Source of the DNA: an uncultured bacterium
GTDB lineage: Bacteria; Chloroflexota; UBA5177; JANWHV01
NCBI GenBank assembly: GCA_963827235.1
Contig: CAWHAE010000016.1
Span: forward strand, 448,001-512,000
Direction of reading: 5' to 3'
Length of the DNA: 64,000 nucleotides
Program-made: the position numbers and the translations under genes
Shown here: positions 40,462 to 48,883 of the stretch, one piece after another
Layout of the letters: every line of letters starts with the position of its first letter
Numbering within the stretch: position 1 is the first letter of the stretch
Notes under the pieces: generated by a model
What the model saw: only the letters and a program-made list of their open reading frames with translations
Told to the model about the DNA's origin: nothing
Database searches by the model: none

Positions 40462-41139
40462 TCAGGGCACGCTGAGCCGCTCGATCAGATCCGGTCCATC
40501 GTTGCGTGGCGAGGAGACGCGCGATGAGACCGGATAGGCCGCCATCTCCTTCTCATCGAAGGGCTTGAGGAACGAGATCACCACGTCCGGCTCGACCAGA
40601 TCCCGGTCGATCCAGGCCTCTTCTACATCGCGGTCCAGAATGACGGGCATGCGACTATGGATTTCAGCCATGAGGCGGTTCGGTGCGGTAGTGATAATCG
40701 CGCACGTCTGCACGGCGTCTCCCGTGTCGGAGCGGGACTCGGCGTAGAGTCCGGCAAAGGCAAACAGGCTCCGGTCCTTCAGGTGGATGAAGTAGGGCTG
40801 CTTGGATGAGCTCTCGGGCGAAGCTTTCCACTCGTAGAAGCCGTCGGCGGGAATCAGACAGCGCTTCTTGACCACCGAAGGGCGGAACATCGGCCGCTCA
40901 AGCAGCGTCTCCGCACGCGCATTGATAGGATCGGGTGCCCCGGCGGCTTGCTTCCACGTTGGACGGAAACCCCAGCGCATCAGGCGAATTGCTCTGCCGC
41001 CCCCCTCCCCCACGATGACGGGTATCGCCTGCGACGGGGCGATGTTATAGCGCGGCGCGAGCGCCGCCTCGTCGACATCGTCCAGGTCAAAGCGGAGCGA
41101 TAGCTGATGCGTATCCGTTAATGTGAAACGGCCACACAT
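40462..41139 (-). CDS. SOS response-associated peptidase (SRAP/YedK/HMCES abasic-site protein)
   Basis: N-terminal MCGRF, RYNIAPSQ, INARAET, GFYEW, IHSRMPVIL. Confidence 0.95.
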   Translation of the reverse strand: MCGRFTLTDTHQLSLRFDLDDVDEAALAPRYNIAPSQAIPVIVGEGGGRAIRLMRWGFRPTWKQAAGAPDPINARAETLLERPMFRPSVVKKRCLIPADGFYEWKASPESSSKQPYFIHLKDRSLFAFAGLYAESRSDTGDAVQTCAIITTAPNRLMAEIHSRMPVILDRDVEEAWIDRDLVEPDVVISFLKPFDEKEMAAYPVSSRVSSPRNDGPDLIERLSVP

Positions 41140-41216
41140 GGAATGGTCTCCCCTCGTCGACGCGGCCCAGCCGTAGCACGCGCATCGCAGCGCCGTCGCC
41201 GGGCACCCACCCCGGC

Positions 41217-42422
41217 CTAGTCGACCGCCAGAGCTGCAGCGCCCGCGGCAGTCTCGGCGCGCGCAACCGGCTTGCGGTACAGCATCCAGGCGATTACAAC
41301 CATCACCACGCCCGAAGGAACCGACAGGGCGAGCGCGGCGCGCGCATCGGCGAACTGGACCAGCACTCCTCCAATCCATGGTATCACCGCCCCAAACACG
41401 ACGGCAGCGGCGATAAGCAAACCGGCTACGCTACCTGCTGCCTCCGGGTAGACTTCGCCGGCAGCAGCCATGATGAGAGGGAAGATGGCCGCGTAGCCAA
41501 GGCCGCTCGCCGTGAGAGCGACCAGGGCGATCGCGGCGTTCGGCGCTGCCACCAGGACGCAACACGCGGCAAGCGAGAACACGCATGTCCAGACGAGCAT
41601 CGCTTTGCCGCTCAGCCAGCGGCTGGCATACGCCGACAGCAGCCTGCCCACTGCAAGCCCTCCCCAGTACAAACTCAGCGACGTGGCGGCGAAGACCTTG
41701 CCCAGACCGTGTACGTCCTGCAGATAGGCTGCCGACCAGTCGCCCAGCAGAACCTCGGCGCCCACGTAGACGCCTGTCAGCATGCCCAACGGCAGAATTG
41801 ATGGACTGAGCGCCAGCCTGGCGACACTGCGGGCGTCGATCTTGTGTGCCCGCTGGCGAGGCCCGGGCATGGGCGCGCGGGCATACATGACGATCAGCAC
41901 CAGCGCCGCAAGAGATGCCAGGGCAAAGGCAGCACGCCAGCCGACGTGCGAGGCGAGGAAGGCACCGATGAGCAGCGGGCCGAGAAGCGCGCCAAAACCA
42001 AAGAAGGCGTGCAGCATGCTCTGCTCTCGCGGCAGTGCCTCCGGCGTCGAGATGTCTATGATGAGAGCATTTGAGCCGCTGTCCACGACACCGCTTCCCA
42101 GACTTACGACGCAGAGGCTGAGCGCCACCAGTGCCCAGGCCGGCGCAACCGCCACCAGGGCCAGCCCGGCACACAGCACCAAAGCGCCCGCGCGCAACAG
42201 AAGACCTCGGCTCCAGCGGTCTCCCGCGGGACCGCCCACGAGCACCGCCACGACGTAGCCGATGCTCGAGGCCAGAAACAGCACACCGGACTGCGATGGA
42301 GTGGCATGGAAGTCGGAGAGGATAGGTAGCATCGCCGGACCCAGCAGAGTGCCCGAAATGCCGAGCACGACGAAACCCCAATAGGCAGATGGGCGCAACA
42401 TATTCACGTCACTCTCTCGCAT
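41217..42422 (-). CDS. MFS transporter (FucP/TsgA-like)
   Basis: 12 TM; GPAGDRWSR, HAFFGFGALLGP. Confidence 0.88.
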   Translation of the reverse strand: MRESDVNMLRPSAYWGFVVLGISGTLLGPAMLPILSDFHATPSQSGVLFLASSIGYVVAVLVGGPAGDRWSRGLLLRAGALVLCAGLALVAVAPAWALVALSLCVVSLGSGVVDSGSNALIIDISTPEALPREQSMLHAFFGFGALLGPLLIGAFLASHVGWRAAFALASLAALVLIVMYARAPMPGPRQRAHKIDARSVARLALSPSILPLGMLTGVYVGAEVLLGDWSAAYLQDVHGLGKVFAATSLSLYWGGLAVGRLLSAYASRWLSGKAMLVWTCVFSLAACCVLVAAPNAAIALVALTASGLGYAAIFPLIMAAAGEVYPEAAGSVAGLLIAAAVVFGAVIPWIGGVLVQFADARAALALSVPSGVVMVVIAWMLYRKPVARAETAAGAAALAVD

Positions 42423-42612
42423 GTCACGATGCAGCGAACCGATCGCGAATATGCGCTTCGATGGTCATACGCCAAGATCTCTCGCCCGATTGCCGAGTCC
42501 GTGAGTCCCGACGCCAGCAGCAGGCCATCAGGAGTCCGCCGCGCGCTGCCCGTCCTCTAGGATAGCAAACGTCGGAGGCGCGAATAGCCCAGCCCGCCTC
42601 AATCGCTTTCCG

Positions 42613-43362
42613 CTAGGCGTCGTTGGAGCGCAGGTGCCTGGCTACCGAGGGCAGCTCGGTCAGACTGTCTATTACCGCGTCCGGCACCGGCGATCCGGCC
42701 CCCGCCTCCTCCGCGCGAAATTCTCGCGTGAGAACCGTCCTCATTCCCAGTAACTGCGGTCCGCTCACGTCCTCGCGCAGGCGATCGCCGACGAACAGGG
42801 TGTCCGCGGCGGGAATGCCCAGGGACAGCAGCACAGTCTCGTAGATGCGAGGGTGCGGCTTGCGCACTCCCACTTCGGAGGAGAGCACGACGACGTCGAA
42901 AAGATCGAGCAAACCCAGGCGATCGAGATCCTCGCGGACGAAGTCACCGTGCGCCGTGATGTTGGACACCATGCCGAGCCGAAAGCCATCGTTCCTGAGA
43001 GTCCGCAAGGCGGCGAGATTCTGTGGCGACACATACAGCTCGGCCGTGAGCGCTTCGTGCTCGAGCTGGGCAATGCGCCGGACCAGATCCGTTGGAAGAT
43101 GCAAATCGAGATCGGCGAACAGGGCGGCAAACTCGGCAAGCACGTCGAGCTCCTCGAGCTCGCGCCGGAGATAGCTCTCGTTAATCCGAGCGGCCAGCCG
43201 CATTGACACTGAATCGACCAGATCCGCCGCTGTTGGCAGCTCGCCCGCCGCGTGGTTCAGAAGCAGCGCGTGTACCTCCTCGTATGTTGCCAACAGCGCT
43301 CGCTCACTGAGCGCGTAGTCCACGATCGTGTGACCGAAGTCGAGAACGACTGCCTCCAGCAC
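42613..43362 (-). CDS. HAD-superfamily hydrolase
   Basis: LDFGHT, VSN, RKPHPRIY, FVGDRLREDV; GAAGGAG RBS then GTG. Confidence 0.9.
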   Translation of the reverse strand: MLEAVVLDFGHTIVDYALSERALLATYEEVHALLLNHAAGELPTAADLVDSVSMRLAARINESYLRRELEELDVLAEFAALFADLDLHLPTDLVRRIAQLEHEALTAELYVSPQNLAALRTLRNDGFRLGMVSNITAHGDFVREDLDRLGLLDLFDVVVLSSEVGVRKPHPRIYETVLLSLGIPAADTLFVGDRLREDVSGPQLLGMRTVLTREFRAEEAGAGSPVPDAVIDSLTELPSVARHLRSNDA

Positions 43363-43549
43363 AAGAACTCCTTCAACACGTTGCGGCGTGTACCCAAATG
43401 GCAGCCTTCCGGGCGGGCGACCGAGAAGGCACGTGCTCCGCGCGGGACCGAGTCCACCTCTACATTCGAGTGGCGGGCAGCTGCCTGTCGCAGGTAAGGC
43501 CGCGAGCGTCTCCTGGCTCAACCGACCACCCGATGCGCGATACCATGCA

Positions 43550-44776
43550 TCAAGCGCGCGCGGCGTCGGGAGTGCTGATGCGCGCCACCACCTCCTCGCG
43601 AAAGCGTGGCAGGGTGAAGTAAAACGTGCTGCCTGCACCGTCGGCGCTCTCGGCCCAGATCCGGCCGCCGTTCGCCTCTACCCAGTTTCGCGCTATGAAC
43701 AGGCCCAGGCCGGTACCCCCCGCCTCTACCGTCCGCGGATTCTCCAGCCGCGTAAATTTCGTGAATAGCTGCTCCACCTGGTCGGCCGGAATACCCACCC
43801 CGCCGTCTCGCACCCCGACCGTGATCTGGTCGGCCCCGTCGACAATGAGGACGCGCACCGCGCCGCCGTCATAGGAATACTTGAGCGCGTTGCTCATCAA
43901 GTTGACGAAGACCTGCTCGGTATGTTGGGGGTCGGCGTAGGCGACGGCGGGATCTGCCCGCTCAATTGCCATGTCGATCTTTCGCCCTTCCGCAGTGACG
44001 GCAAACGTGCGGAGCACACGGTGTACCAGTGGTACAAGCTCGACGCGCTCGCGCTGAAGGCGCACGCGCCCCGATTCGATGCGAGAAGCACTCAGCATGT
44101 CGTCGATCAGGCTCGTGAGGGCGTTCACCTGCGCGTCGATCAGCTGAAGGTACTCTTCCTCAGTGGGCCGATCGAAGCCGAAGTCGTCGCGCCGGAGCAA
44201 CAGATTCGTGAAGCCTTTGATGATCGACAGCGGCGTCCGCAGCTCGTGCGATGCCGTGGCGATGAACTGGCTCTTGAGACTGTCCAGCTCGGTGAGGCGC
44301 TTCACCATGGCCTTCTCGGCTTCATGCAGACGAGCAAGCTCGTCGGTGCGCTGGCGCAGCTTGTCTTCGGTCGCCTTGATGCGCAGCATTACGCGCACCT
44401 TGGCGACGAGCTCGTCCATGTCGAACGGCTTGGTGATGTAGTCGTCGACGCCCTTTGCAAGTCCGACGAGCTTGTCGTCGCGGTGCGCCGCCGCAGTGAC
44501 CATGATCACGGGAAGAAAGTGTGCGCGATCGACACTCTTGATGCGCTCGCACACCTCGAGGCCGTCAAAGTCCGGCAAGGCCCGGTCGAGCAATACCAGA
44601 TCCGGGTGCTGCTCGCTCATGGCGTCGACCGCGTCCTGCCCGTTGAAAGCGGGGATAGGCTCGTAGCCTTCCAGGCTCAAGACCGCGGACAACATCTCGA
44701 CCAGGTCTTCGTTGTCGTCGACAACCAGAATGCGGCCGGAAGATCCGTCCCGAGCAGGGCGCACACGTGATTCCAT
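43550..44776 (-). CDS. Hybrid receiver-histidine kinase (REC-HisKA-HATPase)
   Basis: VVDD, LLDRALP, ITKPF; SHELRTPL, NALKYS, GTGLGL. Confidence 0.93.
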   Translation of the reverse strand: MESRVRPARDGSSGRILVVDDNEDLVEMLSAVLSLEGYEPIPAFNGQDAVDAMSEQHPDLVLLDRALPDFDGLEVCERIKSVDRAHFLPVIMVTAAAHRDDKLVGLAKGVDDYITKPFDMDELVAKVRVMLRIKATEDKLRQRTDELARLHEAEKAMVKRLTELDSLKSQFIATASHELRTPLSIIKGFTNLLLRRDDFGFDRPTEEEYLQLIDAQVNALTSLIDDMLSASRIESGRVRLQRERVELVPLVHRVLRTFAVTAEGRKIDMAIERADPAVAYADPQHTEQVFVNLMSNALKYSYDGGAVRVLIVDGADQITVGVRDGGVGIPADQVEQLFTKFTRLENPRTVEAGGTGLGLFIARNWVEANGGRIWAESADGAGSTFYFTLPRFREEVVARISTPDAARA

Positions 44777-44937
44777 GGTGTGGGTAGTGTACACTGGCTA
44801 ACGGCCTTCCGTCCTGGAACCGGCGGCTTATGGCTGGTCCTGACGATTGCCGTGCCCTTCGGAGACTAGCGTCCGCCGCGACCGTATGCGGATGGGCGCG
44901 ACGGAAAGTGCGGAACACCGCCTCTGAATGGAGATGC

Positions 44938-45801
44938 ATGACCGCCCTGAGCTGGCGCCGGATGTGGCCCGCGGCAGCCATTCCGATCGTCGGTCTGGGC
45001 GCCGTGTTTGCGTACGGCACCCTGTACGAGCGCCACAATCTGCGCGATCACACGATCGAGATCGACGTTCTTGGGCTACCCAGTGACTTCGACGGGTACC
45101 GGATCGTGCAGCTATCCGACTTTCACATCGGCGGGAACGGCTGGGCGGCCGATACAGTAGCTCGTGCCGTCTCACTGGCCATGGCCAAGCACGCCGACCT
45201 TATCGTTCTGTCGGGCGACTTTGTCGAGTCGACGCCGGGTATCGTCGCCTGTAGAGACCTGCTCAGCCCCTTGAAGGCAGTGGACGGCGTAGTGGCAGTG
45301 CTCGGCAACCACGACTACGCCGACTACTCCGTACGCCTCCAGGCGTTGCTCCAAATGTTGGCCGGTTTGGGAGTACGCGTCCTGCGCAACGAATCAATTC
45401 GCATACGGCGTGGCACATCCGACCTGTGGATCGTCGGCGTCGATGACGGCTACTCGGGTCACGACTACCTGCCGAGGGCCCTAGAAGGCGTACCCGTCGA
45501 CGCGCGGCCTATCGTGATCTCGCACTATCCGGACTCGGCATGGCGGCTTGGACCCGGCCGCTGGGCGGTCGTCTTGAGCGGCCATACGCACGGATCTCAG
45601 GTTCGCCTGCCGCTCGTCGCCCGCTACGCTCGGGAGCGTATCGCCAAGACACGGTTCTCGCACGGACTCTACAGGGTCAATCGCACTCCTTTGTTTGTCA
45701 CCACCGGCGTCGGCACATCGGGCCGGCCGATGCGTGTGTTCTCGCGCCCCGAAGTGGCAACGGTCTTGCTGCACGCCGGGGCCGAATCGCGTGGTTCGTA
45801 G
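44938..45801 (+). CDS. Metallophosphoesterase (YkuE/YaeI-like)
   Basis: SDFH, GDFV, GNHD, SGHTHG; N-terminal anchor. Confidence 0.92.
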   Translation: MTALSWRRMWPAAAIPIVGLGAVFAYGTLYERHNLRDHTIEIDVLGLPSDFDGYRIVQLSDFHIGGNGWAADTVARAVSLAMAKHADLIVLSGDFVESTPGIVACRDLLSPLKAVDGVVAVLGNHDYADYSVRLQALLQMLAGLGVRVLRNESIRIRRGTSDLWIVGVDDGYSGHDYLPRALEGVPVDARPIVISHYPDSAWRLGPGRWAVVLSGHTHGSQVRLPLVARYARERIAKTRFSHGLYRVNRTPLFVTTGVGTSGRPMRVFSRPEVATVLLHAGAESRGS

Positions 45802-45854
45802 TCCACGCGCCGAGTCCGGTTGGTCGTCGCGGGGCGAGGTGATGGTCGGGGAAA

Positions 45855-47375
45855 ATGGCAGTTGTTGAGCAGCCTGGTAGGCCCGACCTGACCGGCGGAG
45901 CGACCACTCCGCCGGCATCGCCCGGGAGGCGGCGCACCTCGACGAGCAAGTCGCTCTTCCTGCTGCTCTTCGTCATGTACGCATATTTCATCCCCCGGGG
46001 CGTCATGGCTAACTCGGACAGTCATCTCGCCCTGACCTACTCACTCGTAGAGTCCGGTACGCTGAGAATTGATCGCTTTGCCGCTAACCCGGATCTGATC
46101 GACAAGTCGGTCTATTGCGCGGACAACACCATGGCTGGCTGCACGCACTATTACACAGACAAAGCTCCCGGGCTCAGCCTCCTTGCGGCCGTTGTCTACC
46201 TACCCTTGCACTATGTGCTGCCAGCATCGATGATGCCGGCCTCTCCCACCGGGGATCGCTTCCTTCTTCGCTACATGTTGACACTGCTCGTCATTTCATT
46301 CCCTTGCAGCCTGTTCGCGCTTGCGTTCTGGCGGTTTCTGGCCCGCATCACCACAGCCCGTTGGGCTATGATGCTCACGATCGGCTACGCGTGCGGCACT
46401 ATAGCCATGCCCTTCTCGATGCTCCTGTTCAGCCACGCTCTGAGCGCGGCTTTCCTGTTCTCCACCTTCATACTGCTGTATAAAGCCGTGTCGCCGGACG
46501 GTACGACTCAGCCGATGTTGCCGGCCCTGGCCGGGCTGCTGGCCGGGTTGGCGGTCAGTGAGGAATATCCTACCGCAATCATTGCCGCTATACTTGGCCT
46601 CTACACCCTGACGGCTCGAGGGCGGTGGCCTCGCGCGGCCGGGTACACGATTGGCGTCGTACTGGGAATCTGTCCGGCCCTGGCTTACAATCTGGCCGCG
46701 TACGGCTCGCCGCTTGCTTTCGGGTACGCCCATCTCACCGACCCGTACTACGCGGCCGGTATGAGCAGAGGCATTCTGGGCGTGTCCACTCCCAGTCTCG
46801 ACGCACTGTGGGGTACCACGTTCAGCCCGTTCAGGGGCTTGTTCGTGCTCTCGCCCTGGCTCCTGCTCGCGGCTCCCGGCTGGATCGAGATGTGGCGGCG
46901 CGGCGTACGCCGCGAGGCCGCGCTCTGTGGAGCCGTCGCGGCAGCGTACTTCGTCTTCCAGATCAGCTACACGTTCTGGAATGGAGGCGCAAGCGTAGGT
47001 CCACGACATTTTCTCCCGGCACTGCCATTCCTGATCGTGCCGATCGCCTTCGTGGAACGGAGGCGCACGCTTTGCCGCGCCGGCACCGTGCTAATCTGCT
47101 ACTCAATCGCGATCCTGACCGCCGTCGTGGCCACGAACCCACTGTTTGGCGATCCCCGCTACGTGCCGGGACTCTACAATCCGCTCGTCGACCAAACCCT
47201 CCACGATCTGCAGGCGGGCCACTGGCAGAATACCTGGGCCATGCTCTTCGGTCTGCGAGGCGTGTTTGCGCTCGTCCCGCTGGCGATTTTCGCGGTCGTC
47301 TGCGCGCGGCGCATCCTGCGTGCGCTGGCGGACGACACTTTACAGAAACTTTACACCCCGGCAACGAGACGGTAA
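45855..47375 (+). CDS. Polytopic membrane protein, probable GT-C-fold glycosyltransferase
   Basis: More than 10 TM helices; YTDKAPG, EEYP, GPRHFLP loops typical of ArnT/PMT-like proteins. Confidence 0.65.
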   Translation: MAVVEQPGRPDLTGGATTPPASPGRRRTSTSKSLFLLLFVMYAYFIPRGVMANSDSHLALTYSLVESGTLRIDRFAANPDLIDKSVYCADNTMAGCTHYYTDKAPGLSLLAAVVYLPLHYVLPASMMPASPTGDRFLLRYMLTLLVISFPCSLFALAFWRFLARITTARWAMMLTIGYACGTIAMPFSMLLFSHALSAAFLFSTFILLYKAVSPDGTTQPMLPALAGLLAGLAVSEEYPTAIIAAILGLYTLTARGRWPRAAGYTIGVVLGICPALAYNLAAYGSPLAFGYAHLTDPYYAAGMSRGILGVSTPSLDALWGTTFSPFRGLFVLSPWLLLAAPGWIEMWRRGVRREAALCGAVAAAYFVFQISYTFWNGGASVGPRHFLPALPFLIVPIAFVERRRTLCRAGTVLICYSIAILTAVVATNPLFGDPRYVPGLYNPLVDQTLHDLQAGHWQNTWAMLFGLRGVFALVPLAIFAVVCARRILRALADDTLQKLYTPATRR

Positions 47376-47728
47376 CCTGCAAAACCTACCATGCAAATCA
47401 GGAGGTCCGAGGCAAACCGGCCAGCCGCACCAAGAAGCGAGGAAGTGCTCGATCAGGGGTTGCCCTGGGTACGACCGACCTGACTGGGATTGAGCGAAGC
47501 CGGAACATTTGCTCGGCGGCCTCCAAGGCAGGTAGAGCACTCGAGTCGCGTGCAGGAGCGTTGGCCGACACTCAAGCACGAACTCGCAGACCGCTCCGCC
47601 TGGACCCCGCAACGTGGTGGACGAGTACGAGGAAAGCAGATCGGGCGGCCGGCCCGCTGGGCTCTACTCCAGACCGCGCGTCGATGCTCGGATGACCGGG
47701 CCGCGCGATCGTCGTTCGCCTCCGAGAA

Positions 47729-47774
47729 AGAAGAACTCCCCTGATGAAGTGAGGGTCACCAGGGGAGTTCTTCT
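47729..47774. terminator. Strong stem-loop, possibly a bidirectional terminator
   Basis: AGAAGAACTCCCCTG/CAGGGGAGTTCTTCT 15-bp inverted repeat. Confidence 0.7.
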
Positions 47775-47841
47775 GCGTCTACAGGCCCATGCACGCGAGA
47801 TTCCCCTTAACCGCGCAGGAATCCCTATAATAGGGGAGCGC

Positions 47842-48747
47842 ATGATCGTGCCGTTGCGATTTGTCCGGATGGAAGCAGTGGTGAGCACACAACCCCTCAA
47901 CCGAACCATACGTGAGTGCCTTGCGAGGATGGTAGCCACGGGCGCGCCTCCGCTGCTGGACACGCCTTTCAACGCCGCCGGCTTCCGGGTCGTGCTGGCC
48001 CGTAACCGCGTGCGAGGCACCGACGACGCCCTTGGCATGTTCTCGATGCGCGCTCCGACGAGCGTGTCACACCACATCTGGTCCAGCCGCGTCATCTGTC
48101 CCGGTCTCTCGGATGCCGACTCCGATGTGTTCCGCGAGGAGATCGAGGCGATCCTGTTCCGATACCTCAATCCGCTCGACGTGCTTCCCAGCCGCGAGCG
48201 GACGATCTGGTTGCTCAGTGAGACCGAGCAGAACCAGCTGGCCCGAGTCATGGCGCTGCCCTTCGAGGAGGAGCTCGACTACATCTTCATGACAGGATCC
48301 AACTCTCAGTGGACTGGGCCGGTGCGCGGCCTGCACAAGACGATGGCCACGCTCGTGCAGATTCTCAGCAGACATCCGGACTTCGTGACCGGAAAGGCAG
48401 TCTGCCGAGCTCCGGTCAGCTTCATCTTCCTCGGCGACGTGCAGAGCGTCGAGCGGGCACCATCAGCAGGTATCAGCGTGGACGGGCGGGCATCCCCCAT
48501 TCGCGGTCTGTTCGCGGTCGACACCGCCAGCTACATGGACGCGTTGGTGCAGCTCGGGGAAGAGGAGGCGCGCACCCTGGCCGCCGTCGAGTTTGCGTTT
48601 GGGGGTACCTGCATCCGCGCTCAGGGGCCCCTGGGCATTCCCATTTATCGGATTCCCCATGCCATTCACGCGGACGCCGTGCGCAGCATTACCATAGTAG
48701 ATGGTAATCGCGTGACCTTCGACGTACAGGCCAGTCCGTCTGCGTGA
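47842..48747 (+). CDS. Hypothetical cytoplasmic protein (~301 aa)
   Basis: TATAAT (47826-47831) and GGGGAG immediately before ATG 47842; GC3-rich codons; no recognised motif. Confidence 0.7.
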   Translation: MIVPLRFVRMEAVVSTQPLNRTIRECLARMVATGAPPLLDTPFNAAGFRVVLARNRVRGTDDALGMFSMRAPTSVSHHIWSSRVICPGLSDADSDVFREEIEAILFRYLNPLDVLPSRERTIWLLSETEQNQLARVMALPFEEELDYIFMTGSNSQWTGPVRGLHKTMATLVQILSRHPDFVTGKAVCRAPVSFIFLGDVQSVERAPSAGISVDGRASPIRGLFAVDTASYMDALVQLGEEEARTLAAVEFAFGGTCIRAQGPLGIPIYRIPHAIHADAVRSITIVDGNRVTFDVQASPSA

Positions 48748-48883
48748 GTCTCCGTCGCGGCGGTCGCTCGCGGGCGATGCCTGCGCTGCACTGCAGAAGG
48801 ACGCGGTTATAGCCGATGATCACGTATGGAAGTCGCTGAGATGTTCGGTGGTGACCGGCTCTGCGGCAAGTGGAGGGCTGTAG

